Source: Bacteriovoracaceae bacterium
Lineage (GTDB): Bacteria > Bdellovibrionota > Bacteriovoracia > Bacteriovoracales > Bacteriovoracaceae
NCBI GenBank assembly: GCA_018675575.1
Contig: JABGXW010000029.1
Location: 21,412-85,411 of the forward strand
Direction of reading: 5' to 3'
DNA: 64,000 nt
Every line of letters starts with the position of its first letter. Within the stretch, counting starts at the first letter, position 1. Both the position numbers and the translations under genes were made by a program. Under the pieces are notes generated by a model. That model saw only the letters and a program-made list of their open reading frames with translations, had not been told where the DNA came from and did no database searches. This document shows, piece after piece, positions 1 through 8,979 of this stretch.

Positions 1-2961
1 ATGTTATGTCCTCCACCAAATAAAATTGGCTACATGATAATGCTTAGGGGAAAACCAGAAGATCTACCCGAAGAACTTAATAAAATCAAGTTTTATATAA
101 GCAACAAGAATACAAATGATCACTTTGTATTGTCCTGTGGCCCATTAGAAAAAGATCAAATAATCAATCAATTAAATGGCACTAACTTCTCTCCTTATTT
201 ATTGGACAATGTTCATCAACCTTACCATAGTCCTCTAATGGAGGACGTTTCCTACAATTTCCTAGACTACCTTAAGAAAGAAAATTTTCAATTTAAAGAA
301 CCAATTATTCCATATTTTTCAGGAGTTACAAAAGAGATAATTGATAGAGATAATTTTAATCCTAAAAAAATTCTGGCCCTCCTCGCTAATCAAATTGTTA
401 CTCCTGTAGATTTTCCTAATCAAATCAACTCAATAGCGAAAAATAAAACATATACATTCCTGGAGGTTGGCCCAGGCCAATTTTGTACTTCTTGCGTTAA
501 GCGAATATTAAATGATAACAACTATAAGATACTAAAGATAGATAAGTTAGATGGACTAATTAGTCATAAGGTTTCAAACCCAAAAGAAATCAGTACTTCC
601 GTCTTTTTTAAACCAATAAAGTATATCATCGAACGAGTTACTGGTCACAAGGTTTCTGAGGTTGAGTTTAATAAAAGTTTTCAAAACGATTTTGGCATTG
701 ATTCACTAAAGAAAGCTGAGATTGTTTTTGAAGTAATCAAAGAGTCTGAAAAAAACATGAATGTTAAATTTAACAATGAAATCAATCTTGTTGATCTTGA
801 AGTCATCAATGATTTAGTGAACTTACTTGAAGACGAAAGCCAGTCTCAATCTGAATTATCTAAAAAGTCAGTGCCCATAGATATGCATCCTGAAATAGAT
901 TTTTATAATTATCCTGAGCAATTAATACAGTTCACCCTAGATATCAGAAAAACATATAAACATGAAATATATTTAATTACCTCTAATGAAATTCTGTCAT
1001 CTGAAAATAAAGTTAAAACTAAGATCTATCAATCCTTAAATGGCCATATCAATAATGGCAGTTGGATTATTTTTGATATATCCAATTTAATTCACTTAGA
1101 ATTATCACCTTTGACGAATTTTAAGCAGACAGTGATTTCAATTATTCTTTTTTGGCAAAAAACTTTAATCGAGAACAAAGATAGGAGTCTTAAAATTTGT
1201 TTAAAGTTTATTAATTCATTTGAAGAAATGAACCCTTTATTTAATGCTTTTTCAAGTTTTTTCAAGAGTATTCAGCTTGAAAATTCACAGTTTCGGTTTA
1301 AAGGAATTCAAAGTTCATCAGCTTTAGGTCAGGATGAATTATATCAATTACTTTCTACTCCATTTGATAATTCTATTTATAAACTACAAGGCAAATATTT
1401 CAAAATAGGATTTTCAAAAGATACAACAGAAAAAACACAGGTCAATCTCAGCAAAGTACCCTGTATAGTTATAATTGGTGGAGCAGGGGGAATATCCCAA
1501 TCTCTTCTACTTGACCAACCTTTTCCAGTAGAAAGTCAGATATTTTTACTAGGAAGGCGACACAGTAACGATAAAAACATAAAAGATATAATTTTAAGAT
1601 TAAAAAGTTACTACAACCATTTAACTTATTTACAAGTTGACGCATGCAACCATATGGCCTTACGGGACAATTTAAAAAAAGTTCAAGGTGATAAAAATAA
1701 CATAGATCTTTTGATAAATTCTGCTGGTATTGAATATAGCAAAAATTTTATTTATAAAAATTCAGATGAAATAATTAAAGAATTAGATTCTAAATGTATT
1801 ATTTCTCTAAATATCAAAAACTTAACCGACGAAATCAAAATTAATAACATCTTCACATTTTCCTCAATTACGGGTGTTTTTGGAAATAAAGGTCAATCTA
1901 TTTACGCATTTTCAAATGGCTTTATTAATGCTCTCTCACAAAGTTCCTCTAATACTGTAAATTCAAAAGTTATACACTGGCCGGCGTGGGAAGACACAGG
2001 CATGACAGCACTTCCTGGTAACAAATTAGCATTGTTGGACAGACATTTCCATTTAATGCCCAAATATATTGGTAATAAGTTTTTCAGAGATATCTTGTCC
2101 ACTAAAACTCCTCTTAGTAATTTAATTATTTCTGCCCAAGATTTATCAATGTTTCAGCTACATCAATTTAATTATAAATCAATTCGGCCATTTATTGGTA
2201 GTGAGAAAATATCAAACGATCTTAGTTTTTCTTTAAATTTTTCTATACGCTCTCACGTATTTTTGCAGGATCATATTTATAATGGAATCTGCCTTGTTCC
2301 AGGTGCATATATGATATCAATGTTTCTCACAATAGCATTCTTGCATGATATAGAACTAGTTCAAATTAATAATTTTAAAATCTACAATCCTCTAATCATA
2401 AAAGGTGATCAGAATAAAGTTCAATTAATGATTAAGATTGAAAATCAGAAAATGTTTGATGCAAAACTAATTAATCAAAGCAATATTTCTGCTTGTAAAT
2501 TAACTAGTCTCGTTGATTATACAGAAAACAAATGGTGGAGTGAAGATCATGACTTTGATGAAATTACTCCCAAAGTTATTTACGACGATAATCTTTTCCA
2601 TGGTAAAAAATTTCAAACAATAAATAATATACATCTTAAAAAAAACCAGTTAAAAACATCAATAATAATTGCTGATTTACTGCCTTTAACAGGAGTTCAA
2701 AAATTAGATAATTATACTTTATATATAGATACAATTTTTCAACTAATAAATTTACACCCAAATTCTAAATCTCTGAAATTGCCAAATTCCGTATCAAAAT
2801 TATTAATTTTCCCAGATATTATTAATTCAATCAAATTAACTATTTATTGTGAAATAGAAAGAGAAGATAAATTTGAAACCCTTGCGAGGGCAGTAATTTT
2901 AAATGAATTAAATCAAACTTGCATGTTATTAGATGGAATAATTCTTAAGAATATAACTTAG
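1..2961 (+). CDS. PfaA/HglE-type polyketide/PUFA-synthase-like megasynthase, 3-prime part (AT C-terminal half, ACP, KR, DH); the gene continues upstream of the window
   Basis: The ORF is open to the window start. Motifs occur in this order. AT C-terminal half: YHSPLM and FLEVGPGQ, with the GHSxG nucleophile expected upstream of nt 1. ACP: FGIDSL, Ser codon nt 703-705. KR: Rossmann GGAGGIS nt 1477-1497, NSAGI, catalytic Tyr in SIYAFSNG. Hot-dog DH: LQDHxxxGxxxxPGA, His codon nt 2272-2274. AT-ACP-KR-DH is the PfaA-type domain order, not the canonical modular PKS order. Confidence 0.8.
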   Translation: MLCPPPNKIGYMIMLRGKPEDLPEELNKIKFYISNKNTNDHFVLSCGPLEKDQIINQLNGTNFSPYLLDNVHQPYHSPLMEDVSYNFLDYLKKENFQFKEPIIPYFSGVTKEIIDRDNFNPKKILALLANQIVTPVDFPNQINSIAKNKTYTFLEVGPGQFCTSCVKRILNDNNYKILKIDKLDGLISHKVSNPKEISTSVFFKPIKYIIERVTGHKVSEVEFNKSFQNDFGIDSLKKAEIVFEVIKESEKNMNVKFNNEINLVDLEVINDLVNLLEDESQSQSELSKKSVPIDMHPEIDFYNYPEQLIQFTLDIRKTYKHEIYLITSNEILSSENKVKTKIYQSLNGHINNGSWIIFDISNLIHLELSPLTNFKQTVISIILFWQKTLIENKDRSLKICLKFINSFEEMNPLFNAFSSFFKSIQLENSQFRFKGIQSSSALGQDELYQLLSTPFDNSIYKLQGKYFKIGFSKDTTEKTQVNLSKVPCIVIIGGAGGISQSLLLDQPFPVESQIFLLGRRHSNDKNIKDIILRLKSYYNHLTYLQVDACNHMALRDNLKKVQGDKNNIDLLINSAGIEYSKNFIYKNSDEIIKELDSKCIISLNIKNLTDEIKINNIFTFSSITGVFGNKGQSIYAFSNGFINALSQSSSNTVNSKVIHWPAWEDTGMTALPGNKLALLDRHFHLMPKYIGNKFFRDILSTKTPLSNLIISAQDLSMFQLHQFNYKSIRPFIGSEKISNDLSFSLNFSIRSHVFLQDHIYNGICLVPGAYMISMFLTIAFLHDIELVQINNFKIYNPLIIKGDQNKVQLMIKIENQKMFDAKLINQSNISACKLTSLVDYTENKWWSEDHDFDEITPKVIYDDNLFHGKKFQTINNIHLKKNQLKTSIIIADLLPLTGVQKLDNYTLYIDTIFQLINLHPNSKSLKLPNSVSKLLIFPDIINSIKLTIYCEIEREDKFETLARAVILNELNQTCMLLDGIILKNIT

Positions 2962-4649
2962 ATCTTTTCAATTAAATAGTCTTCGATAGCTAAAAATTTC
3001 AAAGGAGATTTTTCAAAAAAATTATAAACATCATTGATATCTTCTACTATCGGTTCCCCCATTGTATTTAAGCTTGTATTCAAGATACAATAAATTCCAG
3101 ATAGGTTTCCATAGTATTTTATTAAGTTATAAAATTTTTCATTTGACTCAAAATGAACAGTCTGAACTCGAGAAGTTTTGTCTTTATGAGTAATTTCTTT
3201 TAACTGATTAGAAAACTTCTCATTTATTGGTAAGGTAAATGACATAAAAGGATTAAGAAAATATTTTTCTACATTAAAATAGAGGTGAACTTTTTCCGCA
3301 AGACAAGCCCCCCCATAGGGTCGAAATTCTTCTCTGAACTTCACCTTGCTATTTAAATAATTCTTTAATTTAGGAAACGAGAGACTGGCCAATAAACTTC
3401 TATGACCTAATGCTCTTTGTCCACATTCGCTTCGGCCCTGAAACCATGCAACAATATTATTTTTATTTAATAATATTGAAACTTCCTTTGATATATTCTC
3501 AAGTTTTGTAACTTTATATTTATTAAAAATTGTAGTTATTTCATGGCCAGTGGGTATTGATAAACTTGATCCATAGTAAGAATGTTGAGCTTTTTTTGCA
3601 ATGACCTTCCATGTAGACCTTTTATCTTTTAAATAGGTGAAGTAAGATAGTCCAAGTGATAATCCCTCATCACCAGGGAAAGGAGGAACATAGATTTGCT
3701 TAAACGTTTTTTGATTAATTAATTCAAAATTATTTGAACAATTTAAAGCACATCCTCCCGTGAAGATTATGTTTTCGTAGTCTGAAAAAGATAATTTAAG
3801 ATCATTAAACTTTCTCTTCATATATTTGGAATATTCATTTTGAGCAGTGGCCGCTAAATCCATATAAAGATTTAGATTCTCTGATTTATCCCAACTGACA
3901 TTATCTGACTTAGAAAATGATTTTGACCAATCTAAGTTCTCTAAGAAGTTAATCCTATCTTTTACAATCATTGGATTTCCAAATGCTGATAATCCCATTA
4001 GCTTTCCGGAGGCCATTTTAGACCCGAACACAAATCTTGCTATATTTTCATAAAAAATTCCTATGCTGTCAGAAAAATATTCATTCATACAAGACTTAGA
4101 GGCTTGAAATTCTTGCCATTCCTTATTTACACATTTAATTTCACCTAAGTTTTGAGTATATACAGACACACTCTCATGTTGATATTTTTTATTTTTAGGT
4201 GCTTCAATTTCCTCTATAACATCGGACTTTCTTGAACCTGACCCATCCACTACAAGAATCAACGACTTTTTAAATGGAGACATTGCCAATGCACAATAGG
4301 CATGTGCATCGTGGTGTCCGATAAACTTTAATTTATTATTATAAACAGAACTATATCTAGTTAACTTTTTAGTTCCTAGATAATTATAAAATGGAAAAGT
4401 CAAATCCATACTTTCTTCATGATCTTTAGGAGTAGTAACATCTCTATTTTCACAAATTATTTCTTCTCCTAGATCTCTAGTATTACAAAGGAGTTCTAAG
4501 GGAAGAAATGGCCAATTGCCAGCATATTTTTTTCTGGTCAGCCTCTCTGTTGATAATATTGTAATATCAGAAATAGAACCATTATAACTAGAGATAGCAC
4601 AAACATTAGAATTATAAATTGTCTTTGCAAGACCTGTAAATGTTTTCAT
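2958..4649 (-). CDS. Carbamoyltransferase, NodU/CmcH/TobZ family
   Basis: 563 aa with HHDAHAYCA, VVDGSG, GGCALN and QRALGHRSLL motifs typical of this family. Its stop overlaps the synthase stop (TTAG). Confidence 0.8.
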   Translation of the reverse strand: MKTFTGLAKTIYNSNVCAISSYNGSISDITILSTERLTRKKYAGNWPFLPLELLCNTRDLGEEIICENRDVTTPKDHEESMDLTFPFYNYLGTKKLTRYSSVYNNKLKFIGHHDAHAYCALAMSPFKKSLILVVDGSGSRKSDVIEEIEAPKNKKYQHESVSVYTQNLGEIKCVNKEWQEFQASKSCMNEYFSDSIGIFYENIARFVFGSKMASGKLMGLSAFGNPMIVKDRINFLENLDWSKSFSKSDNVSWDKSENLNLYMDLAATAQNEYSKYMKRKFNDLKLSFSDYENIIFTGGCALNCSNNFELINQKTFKQIYVPPFPGDEGLSLGLSYFTYLKDKRSTWKVIAKKAQHSYYGSSLSIPTGHEITTIFNKYKVTKLENISKEVSILLNKNNIVAWFQGRSECGQRALGHRSLLASLSFPKLKNYLNSKVKFREEFRPYGGACLAEKVHLYFNVEKYFLNPFMSFTLPINEKFSNQLKEITHKDKTSRVQTVHFESNEKFYNLIKYYGNLSGIYCILNTSLNTMGEPIVEDINDVYNFFEKSPLKFLAIEDYLIEKI

Positions 4650-5510
4650 TTATGAATAGCTTCTTTTTACAATATTAGAATAAACATTAAATCCTGAAGT
4701 TACATCTCCATCGAATACTATTTTTGATTTATCAAGAACAATTAGTCTGTTGCAAATGCTATGGATTTGTTCTCGGTTATGACTGACAAACAAGATCGCT
4801 CCAGATTTATCAATTATATTAATTATTCTTTTTGAAACTTTATCTTTGAAATATTCATCCGCTCCGTCAAAAACTTCATCGAGTATTAATAGATCAGAAC
4901 TTTTTGCTGAGATAACAGATAAACATAACCTTGACTGCATACCCATGCTATATGTTCTAAAAGGTGTATCAATAAATTTTTTCAATTCGCTAAATTTAAT
5001 AGAGTCCTCAATTATTTCTTTCTTCTGTTTATCAGAATATTCTGAATAAATTAGGTTAACTAATAATACAACATTTTCTCTTCCTGTTAACATAGGAAGA
5101 ACACCCACTGAAGTGTTAAATATAAAGCGAACATTTCCATCTATGCATATATCTCCAGTTGTTGGTTTAATCATATCCGTTATACATCTACATAGAGTTG
5201 TTTTTCCAGCTCCATTTATGCCAACAATACCTATCCTTTCATTTTCATAGATATCAAAACTAACCTCCTCTAATACTTGAAATAGTTCAGGAGGGGATGT
5301 GAAGTATGTAATGGGTGATTTTACGAATTGTACAAAAAGATCTCTCATTCCATCAGTTTTAAATTTATCTAGCTCAAATTGTATGGAAAGGTTTTTTATA
5401 GAAGCTATTTTTTTTTTGGGGGTATTTGGTTGTTCATCGCTTTTAAACTTATTCTTTTCTTTAAAATCAAAGGTTTCTTTAATTTGATTTTTTAATTTTA
5501 ATGATGACAT
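4650..5510 (-). CDS. ABC transporter ATP-binding protein, Wzt/TagH/KpsT (polysaccharide-export) type
   Basis: Walker A GINGAGKTT, signature variant YSMGMQSRL (the YSxGM form typical of glycan exporters), Walker B LLILDEV, H-loop VSH. There is an N-terminal extension. No permease partner lies next to it. Confidence 0.8.
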   Translation of the reverse strand: MSSLKLKNQIKETFDFKEKNKFKSDEQPNTPKKKIASIKNLSIQFELDKFKTDGMRDLFVQFVKSPITYFTSPPELFQVLEEVSFDIYENERIGIVGINGAGKTTLCRCITDMIKPTTGDICIDGNVRFIFNTSVGVLPMLTGRENVVLLVNLIYSEYSDKQKKEIIEDSIKFSELKKFIDTPFRTYSMGMQSRLCLSVISAKSSDLLILDEVFDGADEYFKDKVSKRIINIIDKSGAILFVSHNREQIHSICNRLIVLDKSKIVFDGDVTSGFNVYSNIVKRSYS

Positions 5511-5520
5511 TTTTTCTCCA

Positions 5521-6567
5521 TTAATTACTCTTTTTTGAAGTCATATATTTATTTATGAGTCTGATCCTTCTTGATAGCCCAATGACTTGTGAAAGAGGTA
5601 ATTTTTTTTTCATCAATTGTTTTATTAACAAATTATAGTTTTCTTCAATTGTCATTTTGGTCTTCTCATTTAAATTTTGGATTGAATACTTTTCAGGTGT
5701 TCTGAGGTAGTGCAGAGCGACATCCCTTAACTCAAACAAATCGTTGTCTATAAAATAGTGTACCATTTCTGGAAAGTTTTGAATATTTAATGAACTAATT
5801 GTCGTATACGATGTAATGTCCGCATTTGGTAGCTCATTTTTTAGCACTTTTATATTTCTCTCAATCTTTTCCCAGGCAATCCCGGGCCTAATATTCTGGG
5901 CATCTCCATTAATCCCGTCAATACTGATAGAAATTTGTAAATTATTAAACTTTTTTAGATTTTTGATATAGGAGGTTTTTATTGAACTTCCATTAGAATT
6001 AAACTCTAACCTAATATCTGTTCTTTTTAATCTAATTAATTCTTCTAAAAATTCTATTATTTCAGATTGTATAAATGGTTCTCCCCCTGCAATAGTAATT
6101 TTTTTTAATTGATTTAATAGCGGAAAAATATTTTTTTTAATATAGTTTGTATATGTGACAATAGTATTTTCACTACTCCACCTTGAGCTATACTCAGAAC
6201 TACATGTCAAACACTTCATATTACATAGGTTAGAAAATGAAAGGTCTACAGACTCTATTTCTTCTATAGGAGAAGAGGTTATATTGGTATTAATACTTTT
6301 AAATTCTTGTAAAAATACTGACTGTAAACTCTCACCCTTTTGAGTATTTTCTTTTAAAATACAAAATTCACATTGAGGGACAATTTCATCTTTTGACATT
6401 TTTTCTTTTATTAATTTAGATTTATATGAATTTAGAATATCAGCTAAGGGAATTTCATTAATTTCTCCCAAGCAATCACTGGCTTCATAACATGTATATA
6501 TTTTCCCATTCGGTGAAATGAGCACGCTCTTCCACGGCGCAGGGCAATAACTATTATTTATTTTCAT
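5521..6567 (-). CDS. Radical SAM enzyme with N-terminal Cys-rich twitch/SPASM-like module (paralogue 1)
   Basis: N-terminal CPAPW...GKIYTC...C...CEFC module, then the radical SAM triad NLCNMKCLTC (CxxxCxxC), then GGEPF. Confidence 0.7.
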   Translation of the reverse strand: MKINNSYCPAPWKSVLISPNGKIYTCYEASDCLGEINEIPLADILNSYKSKLIKEKMSKDEIVPQCEFCILKENTQKGESLQSVFLQEFKSINTNITSSPIEEIESVDLSFSNLCNMKCLTCSSEYSSRWSSENTIVTYTNYIKKNIFPLLNQLKKITIAGGEPFIQSEIIEFLEELIRLKRTDIRLEFNSNGSSIKTSYIKNLKKFNNLQISISIDGINGDAQNIRPGIAWEKIERNIKVLKNELPNADITSYTTISSLNIQNFPEMVHYFIDNDLFELRDVALHYLRTPEKYSIQNLNEKTKMTIEENYNLLIKQLMKKKLPLSQVIGLSRRIRLINKYMTSKKSN

Positions 6568-6676
6568 ATTTAATAATTTTAATCTATTTTTTAGGTTTAA
6601 TAAATATGATAAAGCCTATTAACTCACATTTCATCTAGAATATCTGTATAATAGCCTGAACGGATGGTGACAAAAG

Positions 6677-7765
6677 ATGAGTGTAAATGTCTATACTGAA
6701 TGGGATCCTCTTCAAGAAATAATTATTGGTAACGTAATAAATACCAAATTAAACTTTGTTATGGATTTTACCTTTAAGCTTTTTTACCATGAAAACATTA
6801 ATGATCAATTAATTAGAAATAATAAAAAACTGCAGCAAAGACTCATTATCCAGAGACAGGAAGATCTTGATAATTTAGCGAATATATTGAGTGATTTGGG
6901 TGTTAAAGTCAAAAGACCTACCATGTTGAATAGTCCATCTGACTTCATAACTCCTAACTTTAAAAGCAATTTACATCCTTCAGACAACCCTAGAGATTTA
7001 GTTCTTATCGTGGGAAATAAAATTATTGAGACCCCCGTCCTAGTTCGTCATAGATATTTTGAAACTGACTTATTGAAACCAATCTTTATGGATTACTTTA
7101 AAAATGGAGCGCACTGGATAAGTGCCCCCAAACCAACTTTAGTTGAGGAATCTTTTGACTATACCTATATTAAAAGTAATGACGCTAATAAACGCTGGGC
7201 GGATGTTAAAGAAGACGACGACAAATTAGAAATAATGTTTGATGCTGCACAATGCATGAAGTTTGGGAGGGATATTATAATGAATATCTCAACGAAAAAT
7301 CACGTATTAGGCGCTGAATGGTTAGAGAGAGAACTAGGCCCTGATTATAAATTACATAGAGTTAATTTAACAGATTATCACTTAGACGGAATGATGATGC
7401 CTCTGGCCCCTGGAAAACTTCTCATTAATCCTATTTCAATGGAAAAAAAGCTACACCTATTACCAGAAGAGCTTCAAAAATGGGATATCATCCATTGTGT
7501 TGATAAGGAAATCGCAACAACAGATGACGAAACTTTATTAATTGCTAGTGAAAATATCAGTGTCAATGTTTTACCGATAAACGAAAAGCAATGCATTGTA
7601 TTTAGTTCCACTGGTAGTGGATTATCTTCCATGAGAAAAAGTTTAGAAGAAAATGGTATCGAAGCAATACCTGTTAGACTTCGGCATTCTAGAGTCTTTG
7701 ACGGTGGCGTACATTGCTGCAGCCTTGATACTATTAGAAAAGGCAACCTTGAAACATATTTTTAA
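6677..7765 (+). CDS. Amidinotransferase (glycine amidinotransferase / StrB1 inosamine-phosphate amidinotransferase family)
   Basis: The C-terminal signature FDGGVHCCSLDTIRKGNLETYF matches the catalytic-Cys block GG-x-HC-x-T/S-x-D-x-R-R/K-G-x-L-x-x-Y of AGAT/StrB1/CyrA/SxtG-type enzymes. Size (362 aa) and the internal H-x-D (DYHLDG) block also fit. Confidence 0.8.
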   Translation: MSVNVYTEWDPLQEIIIGNVINTKLNFVMDFTFKLFYHENINDQLIRNNKKLQQRLIIQRQEDLDNLANILSDLGVKVKRPTMLNSPSDFITPNFKSNLHPSDNPRDLVLIVGNKIIETPVLVRHRYFETDLLKPIFMDYFKNGAHWISAPKPTLVEESFDYTYIKSNDANKRWADVKEDDDKLEIMFDAAQCMKFGRDIIMNISTKNHVLGAEWLERELGPDYKLHRVNLTDYHLDGMMMPLAPGKLLINPISMEKKLHLLPEELQKWDIIHCVDKEIATTDDETLLIASENISVNVLPINEKQCIVFSSTGSGLSSMRKSLEENGIEAIPVRLRHSRVFDGGVHCCSLDTIRKGNLETYF

Positions 7766-7783
7766 TACATCTGGATACCAAGT

Positions 7784-8929
7784 ATGAAAACTAACATCAA
7801 TTATATTGATGAGAAACTTAACGAAGCCAAAAATATTATAAATGAATTTGAAAAGTTTGGTTTTCAGAAAAATGGATTCTGCCTTGTACCATTCACAACA
7901 ATAATTCTGGAACCTAATGGAAATGTGGGGGTGTGTCGATTACATGGAACCGATAAAGCTATTGGAAGTTTAAATAATAACACTATTGAAGAGATATGGA
8001 ACGGTACTCATTTAAAGAAATGGCGAAGGGAATTTTTAGACGGGAAACCTGAGATTTGTAAAAATCAAATTAAAAATAAAAATTGTAACTTATGTATTGA
8101 AAATAATAAATTACTTAATTCTGTCGAGTTCAATGAAACTCAAACTACTCCTATTCAAAAATTAACAGCAAACTTCAATGGTTTTTGTAATTTAAAATGT
8201 ATAATGTGTGATGTGTGGACATTACCAAATGGTTACTATAATGAACAAAACTTCTGGGGTCCAGCACGAACAACAATTTTCCCTTTTTTAAAAGAAATAG
8301 ATATGCTTTCAGGGGAACCTTTTCTACAAGCTGACACTTATAAATTGATAAAAGAAGTAAGTAGGGTAAATACAAAATGTAAATGGTCAATTACAACCAA
8401 CGCCCATTGGAAACTTAATCAATCTATAAAAGGCCATCTTGACTTAATTGACATAAAGAATTTAATCATCTCTATAGATAGTGTTAATACAAATACCTAT
8501 TCAAATATTAGAAAAGGCGGAAAGCTAGATGTTGTATTGAAAAATGTAGAACACCTCTTGGATTATCAAGAGCAACGACTTAAAAACAATAAATCAAGTT
8601 TAAATATATATGTAAATTTTCTTGTTCAAAAAGAAAACTGGAATGAAATTTCTGACATGATTCAATACTGCATTTCGAATGAGATCATGCCATTCATTTC
8701 ATTTTGTGAAAGGCCAGAAGAATACAGCTTACTAGATTATGACGAAAAATTGAGAATTGAGATTCTCGAGTTCTATTTTTCAAATTTAACTAAAGTAGAA
8801 CTCTTCTTTAGTCTTAGAGTAATTAGACCACTAATTTTTTCTTTACCTGCAATTTTCAAAGCTGATTTTCTAACTAGACTAAATGACATGTCCTTCAATG
8901 ATACCTATCTCCCTGTAGTAAACTTCTAA
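7784..8929 (+). CDS. Radical SAM enzyme with N-terminal twitch/SPASM-like module (paralogue 2)
   Basis: FCLVPF...PNGNVGVCR...NTIEEIWN...C..C module, then GFCNLKCIMC (CxxxCxxC), GEPFLQ, TTNA-W. Collinear with paralogue 4. Confidence 0.7.
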   Translation: MKTNINYIDEKLNEAKNIINEFEKFGFQKNGFCLVPFTTIILEPNGNVGVCRLHGTDKAIGSLNNNTIEEIWNGTHLKKWRREFLDGKPEICKNQIKNKNCNLCIENNKLLNSVEFNETQTTPIQKLTANFNGFCNLKCIMCDVWTLPNGYYNEQNFWGPARTTIFPFLKEIDMLSGEPFLQADTYKLIKEVSRVNTKCKWSITTNAHWKLNQSIKGHLDLIDIKNLIISIDSVNTNTYSNIRKGGKLDVVLKNVEHLLDYQEQRLKNNKSSLNIYVNFLVQKENWNEISDMIQYCISNEIMPFISFCERPEEYSLLDYDEKLRIEILEFYFSNLTKVELFFSLRVIRPLIFSLPAIFKADFLTRLNDMSFNDTYLPVVNF

Positions 8930-8979
8930 GTGGGTAAAAATGAGCAAACAAAACAACACACTGTTTCGAATTTTTTATA

